Below, in pieces: positions 26,258 to 36,303 of a stretch of 64,000 nucleotides of DNA. How positions within the stretch are numbered: the stretch's first letter is position 1; the number at the start of each line of letters is the position of its first letter. Origin of the DNA: Candidatus Woesebacteria bacterium (GTDB lineage Bacteria > Patescibacteriota > Microgenomatia > UBA1400 > MFAQ01); assembly GCA_035389185.1 (NCBI GenBank), contig DAOORK010000001.1, positions 510,218 through 574,217 on the forward strand, read 5' to 3'. Below the pieces are notes generated by a model. That model saw only the letters and a list, made by a program, of their open reading frames with translations. It searched no databases and was not told the origin of the DNA. The translations under genes and the position numbers were made by a program.

Positions 26258-29221
26258 CTATCTCTGGCAGTGAGATTTGAAGGGGCAGGTGGCACATTTG
26301 GTGAGATCTTCAGTGCGGGTGAAATCGAGATCGCGGATTTGGGAGACGGAGGCTTTGATGACCTTTTTTAATTCGGTGACGTCTTCTGGCGAAATAATAA
26401 AGTTTTCCCGGTGGAAATTATTTTGGGCATCGGGCTCGATGAAGTCTATCTGCGTTTGCCGGACTTCGTACTGGAAAGATTTATCTAATTCGGCGAGGAG
26501 CTGGTAGAAAGTGAGCTGACGTTTGTAATCACCGTCGGAGTTCTTGGTGTTGCCTTCGATTTCGTTTCTGGTTTTGGATTTACCTGTCTTGTAATCAATG
26601 ACGCGGACGTGCTTTTCTTTTTCGTTGGTTACTTCTATACGATCAACCTTGCCGGTAAGAGCAATATCGTCTAGATGGATTTGGGAGGTGAGAGAAGTAC
26701 CGAAATTCTTTTCGGTAAAGAGACAAGCGGTAAATTCTTTTTCGTATTTATCGTAGTAAGCGGTCAGAACTTTTTTGCCATGGGCGAGGCGATCTTTGAA
26801 ATCGGTTTCGGTCATGATTTCTCTTTGGAGTGCCGCTTCGAAATCTTTAAGGAAAAGCTCACAGGACTCGAGTTTGCCGTTATTTAATTCTCTGAACAAT
26901 TGTTCAAGGGCGTAGTGCACTGCAGTACCAAAACACATGGCAGGAGCCTTGGCTCTAGGAATTCTGTAGAGATTATCGAGCTTGAATTTGTAGTGACAGC
27001 GGAGATAGGTATTGAGGGCCGTGGGGGAAAGCTTGAGGTCTTTGATGATTTCCCGCAGATACTCGGCTTCGCCATCGTGAAGAGTGACTTCGGCTGCTGG
27101 GGACATAAGAACGGCGAGAATTTGGACAGAATTTTTTTCTATTTTTTTGGTGTCGACTTTCTCTATATTTTCTTTGGGTAAATCTTCGAGGAACATAGCG
27201 GGAAAAATCATTTTGGCGGAGTTTGGGTACTCGGTAGAACCAGTGAGGAATAGACTCTGTTTGGCTCTTGTTAGCGCCACATAAAAGAGACGGCGTTCCT
27301 CGGCGTTTTTATCTTCCTTATCCGTATCTTCGTAACGAAGTATGCCTACGGGGAGTTTGATCATTTCCCTTTTGGCTTTGTTGCCCCAGTGAGTATCGGC
27401 GAAACGATAGATGTAAACAGTTTGCCACTCCAGACCCTTGGCTTTGTGAGCCGTGGTGAGCGTCACGGCGTCGTCGTTGCCAATGAGGACTTGCTCTTCT
27501 AACTTGAGATTGTTTTCCTCCATGATCCGTAGATTCCCGACATAACCAAAAAGATCGAGATCTGGGAAAGAGCTGCTTTGTGACTTAACATCGTCGAAGA
27601 GTGTGCCAAATCGATTCAGCTCAATGATGGGCTGCGGAAGTGCCAAAATATATTCCAGAATCCCCGATTCTTGAAGAATCATCTGGAACATTTCGGGGAG
27701 AGTGTGAGTGGCGGACATAGAGTTCCAAGAAACAAATTTGAGATAGGCTGAGACAACATCATCATCTAACTCGGGGTGATCGGACTGGAGAGAGTCGACT
27801 AGAGTTTTTCTTTCTTGATGAGCGGCTCGGCTAATCTTCAAAATAGAAAGTGGATTGAGATGAAAATAGGGAAAGTTTAATACGGTAAAGAGGTCGAGAT
27901 CGTCGACGGTGTTGTGGAGAGTAGTAGTGACTCTTAATATTTTGAGGAACTGACTAACAAGAGGAGTGGCCAAGATATTGGTGCCGCCCTCGAGGCGATA
28001 AGGAATATTTTTTTGTTTGAACAGATTGACGAGGATGTCGACGTCTTTGTTTTCTTTGACAATGACGGCGAAATCTTTGGGGCTTGAGCCTTTTTTTATT
28101 TTTTCCAGGATGTCACTCGTGATAAATTCGTCTTCGAGAATGGTGGAGCTAAATTCGACGGTTTTTATTTTTTCGTCTTTTAAATCGGTGTTGGCGTGGA
28201 GAGGAGTTTCGCCCAGAAGCGCGGCGGCGGAGTCGAGAATCGTCTGGGTAGAACGGTAACTTTGATCGAGAACAATTTTGGTGTGGAAGGGAAAAGCTTT
28301 TTCAAATTCACGGACGTTTTCTTTACTGGCTCCTTGGAAACGGAAAATGCTTTGGTTCGGGTCGCCGACGGCAAAAATATTGGCGTTCTCACCCCAGAAA
28401 CTGGCAAGAGCGAAAATAAGCCTGTTCTGGGCGGAATTGGTATCCTGATATTCATCAACCAAAAGATACTGGAACTTTTCTTGGTAACCTAAGAGGAAAT
28501 CTTGATCTTTTTCAAAGGCTTCGACGACCCAGTTGATCATGTCGTTGAAATCAAATCTACCAAGTGAGGTTAGTTTGGTTTGATATTTTTCGTAGATATC
28601 TAAAAGATCAATATTTTTATTGACTAGTTTTTCTTTTTCTAGTCTGGCTGTTTTACTAAGATCGTCTTTTTCTGGTTCGTATTCATCTTTTAAAAGAGAG
28701 ACTGATTGAGAATATTTGGCGATGGTGAAGCCCTCGCGCTTTAAATCAGAGATACTACTTAAAATGTAGGGGAGATAGAAGAGGGTGTCGCCTATTGGCT
28801 TTAGAAGAGCGAAGCTTCCCTGCTGCAAAATCTCTTGGATAATCTGAATCTTTTCCAGATCGGTGACATTTTGCATGCCGGCGGGTTTGCTGAATCTTTC
28901 GGGATTTTGGGCGATGACATCGGCACAGAAAGAGTGAAAGGTAGTGACTTGGACGAGGTAGCCGTCTTTGCCGATGAGATCAATAAGGCGTGTGCGCATT
29001 TCTTTGGTGGCCGCCTCGGTAAAAGTGAGGGCGAGAATGGAGCTCGGGTCTGTGTCCGTCTCTTTGAGGATGTTGGCAATACGGGTGGTGAGAACTTGGG
29101 TTTTGCCAGTGCCAGGACCAGCGAGAACCAGCACGGGGCCCTCGATGGTATCGACAGCTTTTCTTTGGGCATCGTTTAACTTTTGGTAGGCTTGGTCAAA
29201 GTTTGGAGTGGTAACTGGCAT
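26258..29221 (-). CDS. UvrD-family helicase fused to C-terminal PD-(D/E)xK nuclease (AdnB/AddA-like)
   Basis: AGPGTGKT, VDEYQD, HKAKGLEW, GKVDRI, IDYKTG, QLTFY, C..CATCPFKSHC. Confidence 0.9.
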   Translation of the reverse strand: MPVTTPNFDQAYQKLNDAQRKAVDTIEGPVLVLAGPGTGKTQVLTTRIANILKETDTDPSSILALTFTEAATKEMRTRLIDLIGKDGYLVQVTTFHSFCADVIAQNPERFSKPAGMQNVTDLEKIQIIQEILQQGSFALLKPIGDTLFYLPYILSSISDLKREGFTIAKYSQSVSLLKDEYEPEKDDLSKTARLEKEKLVNKNIDLLDIYEKYQTKLTSLGRFDFNDMINWVVEAFEKDQDFLLGYQEKFQYLLVDEYQDTNSAQNRLIFALASFWGENANIFAVGDPNQSIFRFQGASKENVREFEKAFPFHTKIVLDQSYRSTQTILDSAAALLGETPLHANTDLKDEKIKTVEFSSTILEDEFITSDILEKIKKGSSPKDFAVIVKENKDVDILVNLFKQKNIPYRLEGGTNILATPLVSQFLKILRVTTTLHNTVDDLDLFTVLNFPYFHLNPLSILKISRAAHQERKTLVDSLQSDHPELDDDVVSAYLKFVSWNSMSATHTLPEMFQMILQESGILEYILALPQPIIELNRFGTLFDDVKSQSSSFPDLDLFGYVGNLRIMEENNLKLEEQVLIGNDDAVTLTTAHKAKGLEWQTVYIYRFADTHWGNKAKREMIKLPVGILRYEDTDKEDKNAEERRLFYVALTRAKQSLFLTGSTEYPNSAKMIFPAMFLEDLPKENIEKVDTKKIEKNSVQILAVLMSPAAEVTLHDGEAEYLREIIKDLKLSPTALNTYLRCHYKFKLDNLYRIPRAKAPAMCFGTAVHYALEQLFRELNNGKLESCELFLKDFEAALQREIMTETDFKDRLAHGKKVLTAYYDKYEKEFTACLFTEKNFGTSLTSQIHLDDIALTGKVDRIEVTNEKEKHVRVIDYKTGKSKTRNEIEGNTKNSDGDYKRQLTFYQLLAELDKSFQYEVRQTQIDFIEPDAQNNFHRENFIISPEDVTELKKVIKASVSQIRDLDFTRTEDLTKCATCPFKSHCQR

Positions 29222-29305
29222 CTGTGGATATTGTAGCGCCTAGGAAGGGGCAAGAGTGGTAGAATAGCGACAACAGTAATTTAAAAAGTGAAGGGAGGGT
29301 TGACG

Positions 29306-29551
29306 ATGGAAGAAGATAAAGGTTCTGAAATTCCAGAGATAATTAAAATCTCAATGAGTTTTTTTGATTTGTTCCCTGTGGCATTTGGTTTGACTATATT
29401 GTTGGGTGCGGCTGGTTTTGTAGCTGCTTTTTTAATCTTGGTTGCATTGGGAATAGTCGAAGGGTTAGCCTGCGCCTTGGGCGGGTTTTTTGGATTGGTG
29501 ATTGGTTTTTTCTTGGCTCCAAAGATTGCATCTTGGATTCTGGAAAAGTAG
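29306..29551 (+). CDS. Small hydrophobic membrane protein (orphan cassette)
   Basis: GGAGG SD before ATG 29306; two TM helices; own terminator. Confidence 0.6.
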   Translation: MEEDKGSEIPEIIKISMSFFDLFPVAFGLTILLGAAGFVAAFLILVALGIVEGLACALGGFFGLVIGFFLAPKIASWILEK

Positions 29552-29608
29552 AGGGGTAACCACCCCTCTTTTTTTGGCCAAAAAAAATCCCCGGGGTAAC
29601 CGGGGATT
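29551..29608. terminator. Back-to-back pair of intrinsic terminators
   Basis: GAGGGGT-AACC-ACCCCTC-T7 on plus; AATCCCCGG-GGTAA-CCGGGGATT with an A-run on its left (minus). Confidence 0.8.
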
Positions 29609-29611
29609 GTT

Positions 29612-29962
29612 TTACTTGCAGGGATTACAGGCGTTGTCAACAAGATCGATAAACCAGAGAATGACGACCAGGACGCCAACAATACTGCCTGCGACAGTGT
29701 CGGGTGTGCTTAAAGCCTGCGGTACTGCGAGAAGATAGATCACACCGGGCACTGAAATAAAAACGGAGGCCCAGAAGCCAAGCTTGCTGGTCTTCCCTGC
29801 AGACATAACCAACAGTTTGTAGGTCATGGAGAGGAGGAACCAGAGGATGCCGGTAATGAAGAAGAGGATCATCCATACCGATGGCTGGAACGGCATGCTG
29901 AGGAAGATGATAGAAGCAATCAGTTCCACCAGGAACGATACAAAGCCAATATGCCTTCTCAT
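29612..29962 (-). CDS. Four-TM orphan membrane protein
   Basis: 116-aa hydrophobic ORF; AAGGAG SD; TTGACT-17-TATACT promoter. Confidence 0.7.
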   Translation of the reverse strand: MRRHIGFVSFLVELIASIIFLSMPFQPSVWMILFFITGILWFLLSMTYKLLVMSAGKTSKLGFWASVFISVPGVIYLLAVPQALSTPDTVAGSIVGVLVVILWFIDLVDNACNPCK

Positions 29963-30046
29963 TATTTCTCCTTGTGAATGAACTTAGGATATGGCGGTAG
30001 TATAGCAGAAAAAGGGCAAAAAGTCAAGTTATAGGATGAAAAATGA

Positions 30047-31024
30047 TTACTTTTCTGCTTCCAGTCCAGATTTGAGGGATTTAGCAGAGTCGAGTTTGGA
30101 GCCGATCTGGTTCATGGTGTGGCTAGTGTCGTTTAGGGTGTTGTAGGCATTGGTGAGGTGTTTGCCCAGAAGAGCAAAATTTTCATCGAGTTTTTCGTAG
30201 TCTTTTTGGACAGCACGTAAAAGAGTAAATACTTCGGAGGTTTTACCGGCGATTTTTTGACCTTCGAGAGAAAGAAGAATGGTTTGAAGATGAGCGTAGA
30301 GAGTGGTAGGAGAAACGGGGTAAACACGAAGGTCACGGGCAAGACTTAGGATATCCTCTTCGTTGACTATTTCGTAGTAGATGGACTCGGAAGGGATATA
30401 CATGAGGGCAAAGTCGAGAGTGCCTTCCTCGGGAAGAATATATTTGTCGGAGATATCTTTGAGATGCCTTTTGACATCACGAATAAAGGCGGACTTGGAG
30501 GAAACTTTTTCGGTTTGAGTAGTGGCTTGGTAGATTTTTTGAAAGTTTTCCATGGGAAACTTGGAGTCGATGGGGAGTAAACCGGCTTGGGTTTTGATGG
30601 CGGCATCGACGATTTGACCTGATTTGAAATGGTGCTGGAGAAGATAGCCTGTTTTGGGAAACATCTGCCCCAAAAGATCTTTGAGAACTTGCTCGCCGAT
30701 GTTACCCCTGAGTTTGGGTGACTTGAGGTAATCCTGGAGGTCTTTCATAGAACGGCTGACTTCGCTAAAGGCACCGGCCTCTTTTTTGAGATCGCCGATA
30801 ATGGAAGTGGCTTGATCGAGGCGAGAAAATAGTTCACGATAATTTTGCTGAAGAGAAAGAGTGGTATTTTTGTTGGTGGTATCGAAAGATTGCTGAAGTG
30901 ACTTGAGCCAGGCAGTGAGGGTTGGATCGGTTTGGGGTTTTTGGAGTTGGGACTTAAGAAGAAAATAAAGAACCAGTAGACCAAAAAACAAAAAGGCAAT
31001 TACAATGATAGTGTCAGCGGACAT
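30047..31024 (-). CDS. rmuC: DNA recombination protein RmuC
   Basis: RGNIGE, PIDSKFP, DFALMYIPSESIY, VSPTTL. Confidence 0.93.
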   Translation of the reverse strand: MSADTIIVIAFLFFGLLVLYFLLKSQLQKPQTDPTLTAWLKSLQQSFDTTNKNTTLSLQQNYRELFSRLDQATSIIGDLKKEAGAFSEVSRSMKDLQDYLKSPKLRGNIGEQVLKDLLGQMFPKTGYLLQHHFKSGQIVDAAIKTQAGLLPIDSKFPMENFQKIYQATTQTEKVSSKSAFIRDVKRHLKDISDKYILPEEGTLDFALMYIPSESIYYEIVNEEDILSLARDLRVYPVSPTTLYAHLQTILLSLEGQKIAGKTSEVFTLLRAVQKDYEKLDENFALLGKHLTNAYNTLNDTSHTMNQIGSKLDSAKSLKSGLEAEK

Positions 31025-31041
31025 AAAATCATTTTACTCTA

Positions 31042-31413
31042 ATGGAGCGAAACAAACACGAAAGGAATAAACGTTACGGATGGTTAATATTTTTTACTGT
31101 TTTGAATTGGCTGAGTATTGCTTTGGTAGTTTGGCTAGTGGATCCGGAAAATTTGGCTAACTTTATTATTCAAGGAAGTTACCTGCCGATGGGCCTTTTG
31201 CTATTTGGAGGTTTTTTCTGGATTTTGACGATTTTGACACTGTCGACAGTTAGGGCGTTACGTTGGGATTTGGGAATAATCATTTTTATTTATCTAAGAC
31301 TTTTTGGTTTGGGCACTATTTTGAATGGCATTTTGATCTTGGGTTTGTTGGCAATTTGGGAGGTATATACCTACAAGAAAAAACCGAAAGAGAATGTGCT
31401 ACACTCTGATTAA
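31042..31413 (+). CDS. Hypothetical membrane protein
   Basis: 123-aa ORF with about four TM helices. Confidence 0.65.
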   Translation: MERNKHERNKRYGWLIFFTVLNWLSIALVVWLVDPENLANFIIQGSYLPMGLLLFGGFFWILTILTLSTVRALRWDLGIIIFIYLRLFGLGTILNGILILGLLAIWEVYTYKKKPKENVLHSD

Positions 31414-31438
31414 TTAAAGTTAATAATTAGGACAGAAA

Positions 31439-31804
31439 ATGCAACTTTCAAGTAATCCGTTAAATAAAACAATCGAAAAACAGCTCTCGGGAATGTTTTA
31501 TGGAATATTAGCTGAGCTTTCAAGCCCTGAGGAAATAAAGACTATCTTGAAAGATATTTTAACGGAAGGTGAAAGGGTGGCAATTTTGAAACGCCTTGGA
31601 ATTGCGGTGTATTTGGACAAGGGCAGAAATTACGAAGACATCAAAAACAATATTAAGGTAAGTTCGGCCACAATTGCTTCAGTAGCTGAAAATACCGGTA
31701 ACCCCGGATGGCAAGAAGTGATCAGAAGAATCAAGGCCGATGAGTGGGCATCTGAGTGGACAAATAAAATCTCTAAAGGAATCCGAAGGATTTTGCCACG
31801 TTGA
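31439..31804 (+). CDS. TrpR-like (YerC/YecD) DNA-binding protein
   Basis: DILTEGERVAILKRL..YEDI..VSSATI. Confidence 0.85.
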   Translation: MQLSSNPLNKTIEKQLSGMFYGILAELSSPEEIKTILKDILTEGERVAILKRLGIAVYLDKGRNYEDIKNNIKVSSATIASVAENTGNPGWQEVIRRIKADEWASEWTNKISKGIRRILPR

Positions 31805-31818
31805 GGTACAATTGAGGC

Positions 31819-33231
31819 ATGGGAAAGTATTACATCACAACAACCTTACCGTACGTTAATGCTGAACCACATATCGGCTTTGCGATGGAGATTGTGCGCG
31901 CGGATGTGATGGCGAGACTACACCGAGCTTTGGGAGACGAGGTGTTTTTTAATACAGGGACAGATGAACACGGCCAAAAAATATATCAGAAGGCAATTGA
32001 TCTGGGAATCGATCCACAAAAATATTGTGATGAATATGCAGCTAAGTTTTCGATTTTGAAAGACTCCTTAAATCTGTCGTTTAATAGCTTTGTCCGAACC
32101 ACGGATGAACACCATATTAAAGCGGCACAGGAATTTTGGAAATTGTGTGATGCCAGCGGAGATATTTATAAAAAGAGTTATAAAACAAAGTATTGTGTAG
32201 GATGCGAGCTGGAAAAAACTGATTCGGAACTAGTGGACGGCAAGTGCTCGATACATCCTCAGATGGAGTTGGAGATTCATGAGGAAGAAAATTATTTCTT
32301 TAGGTTTTCTAAGTATCAGGGGAAACTGCTTGAGCTTTACAAAAATAATCCCGATTTTATCCAGCCTGATTTTCGCCAGAACGAGATGAAGATTTTTGTT
32401 GAAGGTGGTTTGCAAGACTTTAGTATTTCCCGACTCAAAGAAAAAATGTCTTGGGGAGTCCCCGTACCTGATGATGAAACACAGGTAATGTACGTCTGGT
32501 TTGACGCTTTAACAAATTATGTTTCTTGTTTGGGTTGGCCTGAGAACGAAACAAAGTTTAAAGAGTTTTGGCCCGGAGTGCAGGTGTGTGGAAAGGATAA
32601 TTTGCGTCAGCAAACAGCTATGTGGCAGGCGATGTTGATGTCGGCTGGACTACCAACTTCCAAACAGGTGATGGTTGAAGGATTTATCACTTCTGGTGGA
32701 GCCAAGATGAGCAAAAGTGCCGGGAACGTGATTGATCCTTTGGAGTATGTGGAAAAATATGGAACTGATGCGGTGCGCTATTTCCTAACAGCAGAGTTGT
32801 CTGTTTTTGAAGATTCGGATATGACACGAGAGAGATTTGAAGAAGCATACCAAGCAAATCTGGCAAACGGTATTGGGAACCTTTGTGCTCGCGTTGCGGC
32901 CATGTCGGAGAAAGAAGGCTTGAAAGTAACCCCGAGTGAATTGAGTATCCGAAAAGAAATTGTGGAGAAATTGGATGGGTATAAATTTGATGAGGCTATG
33001 GCTCTAATATGGGAAGAAATAAGAAAAGCGGATGCTTTGATTAATCAAAGAGAGGTTTGGAAATTGGAAGGCGAAGAAAAAATCGCCTCACTATCTGAAC
33101 TGGTGAAGATGATCCGCCAGATCGGAATTGACCTTGTGCCTTTTATGCCAGCAACAGCTGAAAAAATCATGGCGCAGTATGGAGTGGAAGAAATAAAGAA
33201 GACCGAAAACTTGTTCCAAAGATTAGCTTGA
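31819..33231 (+). CDS. metG: Methionine--tRNA ligase (short form)
   Basis: YYITTTLPYVN, HIGF, GTDEHG, YVWFDAL, KMSKS. Confidence 0.96.
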   Translation: MGKYYITTTLPYVNAEPHIGFAMEIVRADVMARLHRALGDEVFFNTGTDEHGQKIYQKAIDLGIDPQKYCDEYAAKFSILKDSLNLSFNSFVRTTDEHHIKAAQEFWKLCDASGDIYKKSYKTKYCVGCELEKTDSELVDGKCSIHPQMELEIHEEENYFFRFSKYQGKLLELYKNNPDFIQPDFRQNEMKIFVEGGLQDFSISRLKEKMSWGVPVPDDETQVMYVWFDALTNYVSCLGWPENETKFKEFWPGVQVCGKDNLRQQTAMWQAMLMSAGLPTSKQVMVEGFITSGGAKMSKSAGNVIDPLEYVEKYGTDAVRYFLTAELSVFEDSDMTRERFEEAYQANLANGIGNLCARVAAMSEKEGLKVTPSELSIRKEIVEKLDGYKFDEAMALIWEEIRKADALINQREVWKLEGEEKIASLSELVKMIRQIGIDLVPFMPATAEKIMAQYGVEEIKKTENLFQRLA

Positions 33232-33299
33232 GGTTTGACTATTGAAGATTTTCTTGATAATATAGGCCATTCTGAACTTTTATTTTCAAGGAGGCAAAG

Positions 33300-33659
33300 G
33301 TGAGTAGTATCTTGATTGGCTTGAAGTGGATGGACTTCAAGAGGAAGTATCTGACCAAATATCCCGACGATATTCTGGAAAAGTTCTGGTCGGCAGTTGA
33401 AAAACTGATCCCCAAGTTGCAGGATGACGAGATCATTACCGACGATTCAGTTATTGTTATCGACAATGAGTTGTTTGTGTATCGAGGCGAGAGCAAGTGG
33501 TATATGATCCGCCCGGCCACAAAAAATGTTTGGCAAGGAACAAATGGTGACAAAAACCATTTGGGGGAAATTATTCAACTCCCGAGATGGGAAATGGCCG
33601 AACTTCTGGACGTATTCACCTGGATGCTTGGTCAGCCAGATAGAATGAAACAGGCATAG
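33300..33659 (+). CDS. Orphan hypothetical protein inserted between metG and tatD
   Basis: TTGACT-17-TAATAT promoter, AAGGAGG SD, GTG start, terminator after the stop. Confidence 0.7.
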   Translation: MSSILIGLKWMDFKRKYLTKYPDDILEKFWSAVEKLIPKLQDDEIITDDSVIVIDNELFVYRGESKWYMIRPATKNVWQGTNGDKNHLGEIIQLPRWEMAELLDVFTWMLGQPDRMKQA

Positions 33660-33666
33660 TAATATT

Positions 33667-33691
33667 ACCGCTCCTTTGGGGGCGGTTTTTT
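33667..33691 (+). terminator. Intrinsic terminator
   Basis: ACCGCTCC-TTTG-GGGGCGGT followed by a T-run. Confidence 0.75.
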
Positions 33692-33707
33692 GTGGGAAAA
33701 TCTAGTT

Positions 33708-34484
33708 ATGCTAATTGATACACATTGTCATCTGACTGACGAGAGATTTACGGATGTGAGGGAAGTAATAAGAGAGGCTAAGAAAAATGGAGTGGGAAAA
33801 ATCTTTATTCCTGCCACTAGTGTGGAAGACGCTAAAAGAGCTGTGGTAATTGCGGAACAAGAAAATTTGTACGCTATGGTTGGAGTACACCCAGAGGAGA
33901 TTGATTCTGTGGACGATGTTGAGGGGATGATATATGAGTTGGAAGAGTTGGTCGGAAAGTCAGAGAGAATAATTGGAATCGGCGAAATCGGTTTGGATTT
34001 TTTCTGGGATAAAGAAAAGAAGACAAAAGAAAAACAAATGAAAGTTTTTGCGGCACAGATGGAGTTGGCAGTTCGTTTGAAATTGCCTGTAGTGATCCAC
34101 ATGAGAGAAGCAGAAGAGGAAATGCGAATGATTTTGGACAAAATGGAGAAGCTGCCGAGAGGAGAGTTCCATTGCTTCGCCGGAGGAGAAGAGTTTTTGG
34201 AGTATATCTTGGAAAAAGGTTTTTATGCGGGGTTTGACGGGAATATTACTTATAAAGGTGCACAGAGTTTACGCAATCTGATACACAAAGTGCCTCTGAC
34301 TCGCCTGCTTTTGGAGACTGATAGTCCCTATTTAACGCCAGAACCATTACGAGGAACGGTTAATAAGCCTAGTAATGTTAAAATAGTAGCTACAGCCATA
34401 GCCTGCCAGCTGAACATAGATACCGAAAAATTAATTCAACAAACCGGAAATAACGCAATATGTTTGTACTCCTTAGATATCTAA
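33708..34484 (+). CDS. tatD: TatD family hydrolase
   Basis: IDTHCH, GVHP, GEIGLD, LETDSPYL. Confidence 0.95.
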   Translation: MLIDTHCHLTDERFTDVREVIREAKKNGVGKIFIPATSVEDAKRAVVIAEQENLYAMVGVHPEEIDSVDDVEGMIYELEELVGKSERIIGIGEIGLDFFWDKEKKTKEKQMKVFAAQMELAVRLKLPVVIHMREAEEEMRMILDKMEKLPRGEFHCFAGGEEFLEYILEKGFYAGFDGNITYKGAQSLRNLIHKVPLTRLLLETDSPYLTPEPLRGTVNKPSNVKIVATAIACQLNIDTEKLIQQTGNNAICLYSLDI

Positions 34485-35965
34485 TAAAGAAGTATCCCCA
34501 TGGTAGTCAAAGAATTTTAGAAATATTGCCAGGCTTTGTAAGCTGGATGTTTATCCTTTTCCCTATTTGGGGTTCAATATTTTGGCCTGTTGGAGTAGCT
34601 TACTTCATCATTAGTTTTAACGTTTATTGGCTTTATCGATCTTTGACGCTGTCAATTGCTTCGGTGATGTCATATTACCGAATCAAGGCCGCAGAGAAAT
34701 ATGATTGGATGGGAGATGTTGCCGGATTTGCAGACTGGAAAGAAGTAAAGCACGTGATCGTCTTACCAACATACAAAGAACCCGGTGACATCTTGGTACG
34801 TACCTTGGATGCCTTGGAAAAACAAACCATTGGCGCGAAACAGATAATCCCCTTAATCGCAATGGAAGTGAGAGCCGGTGAAGAAATGAATGCGAGTAGG
34901 GTAAAACAGTTGCGAGATAAATTTGAAGGAAAATTTGCCGACTTGATGTTTACATACCACCCTGCGAATTTAACCGGTGAGGTGGTTGGGAAATCTTCGA
35001 ATGCTGCCTGGGCGGGGATGGAACTTCGAAAGGAACTTAAGAAACATGCGGACTGGGATATAAACAAAATGACGATTTCTTCTGTGGACTGTGACGTGGC
35101 ACTTCACCCGAATCATTTGGCGGCTTTGACATATATGTTTTTGGATGACCCGAATCGATATCACAAGATCTGGCAAGGAGCGATCGTCTTTTACAACAAT
35201 ATTGAGCGTATTCCGTGGCCCATGAGAGTGTTTAACCGCATCGCCTCGGTAAACAATATGGCCCAGCTTTCACGACCAGATCGCTTAATTAATTTTTCTA
35301 CTTATTCATTGAGTTTGAAGTTGATGGATGACATTGATTACTGGGATACCGATGTTATTCCAGAAGACTATCGTATTTTCTTTAAAACTTACTTTGCTAC
35401 CGAAGGGAAGATTGAGGTAGAACCTTTGTATATTTCTGTTTCTGCCGATGCAGCTGAAGCAGAAGGTTTCCGAAACACTTTTACCAACACATACGAACAG
35501 GTAAAGCGTTGGGCTTGGGGAGCAAGTGATGACTCTTACATAATTAAGCGATACATCATGGATGACAAAGCTCCTTTTTGGGACAAAACAATTAGAGTTT
35601 TCAAGGTAATTGAAGATCACTTTATGTGGCCGGTAAATTGGTTCATTATTACTGTTGCCGCAAATCTACCGCCGCTTCTAAACCAGACGTTTTCGAGAAC
35701 AGTGATGGGCAAAACATTACCTCAGGTATCATCGGCAATTTTGACGCTGTCGCTGGTTAGTTTGGTGGCCATGATCTTTATCGATATGAAAGCAAGACCA
35801 AAAGTCGAAGGATTGCCATTATGGAGAAAGATATTCTCGCCTTTTGAGTTTGTACTTTTACCGGTAGTAGGTTTCTTTTTCTCAGCTCTACCTGGACTTG
35901 ATGCCCATACCAGACTGATGATGGGAAGATATCTGGAGTACCGGGTTACCGAGAAAAAAGCATAA
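34460..35965 (+). CDS. Membrane GT2 family glycosyltransferase
   Basis: LPTYKE, GKSSN, DCD, PED, QVKRW processive GT2 motifs. Confidence 0.88.
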   Translation: MFVLLRYLIKKYPHGSQRILEILPGFVSWMFILFPIWGSIFWPVGVAYFIISFNVYWLYRSLTLSIASVMSYYRIKAAEKYDWMGDVAGFADWKEVKHVIVLPTYKEPGDILVRTLDALEKQTIGAKQIIPLIAMEVRAGEEMNASRVKQLRDKFEGKFADLMFTYHPANLTGEVVGKSSNAAWAGMELRKELKKHADWDINKMTISSVDCDVALHPNHLAALTYMFLDDPNRYHKIWQGAIVFYNNIERIPWPMRVFNRIASVNNMAQLSRPDRLINFSTYSLSLKLMDDIDYWDTDVIPEDYRIFFKTYFATEGKIEVEPLYISVSADAAEAEGFRNTFTNTYEQVKRWAWGASDDSYIIKRYIMDDKAPFWDKTIRVFKVIEDHFMWPVNWFIITVAANLPPLLNQTFSRTVMGKTLPQVSSAILTLSLVSLVAMIFIDMKARPKVEGLPLWRKIFSPFEFVLLPVVGFFFSALPGLDAHTRLMMGRYLEYRVTEKKA

Positions 35966-35979
35966 CAATTAATGGAAAT

Positions 35980-36303
35980 ATGTTTGTAAGTATATTTTGG
36001 ATTGGAATGGCACTCATTGGAATGATGGGCGGAGTGTTGGCTATTTTCTGGAAAAGCTTGCCTCCACAACTCCCCTGGTTTTATTCTCTGCCTTGGGGAG
36101 AACAACAACTGGTAAACAAGATGTGGTTTGTGTGGATCTTGGCGGGAATGGCAGTTTTGCTTTTTTTGACTCGGATAATAGCCAGATGGGCAGGCAAAGA
36201 TGACACTACCGTAAAAACACTCATCATGAGTGGTGGATTATTGGCCGTACTGTTGATGACCGCCAGTTTTGTCAGAATTATGATGATCTTTTTGAACCTA
36301 TGA
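35980..36303 (+). CDS. Membrane protein (DUF1648-like)
   Basis: LPPQLPWFYSLPWGEQQL; three TM helices. Confidence 0.65.
   Translation: MFVSIFWIGMALIGMMGGVLAIFWKSLPPQLPWFYSLPWGEQQLVNKMWFVWILAGMAVLLFLTRIIARWAGKDDTTVKTLIMSGGLLAVLLMTASFVRIMMIFLNL

Noticed and set aside
26258-29221. Second UvrD-nuclease as a defence system
   Set aside because: Matches the AdnAB/AddA-like repair helicase-nuclease common in CPR, and its base composition looks like the core genes.
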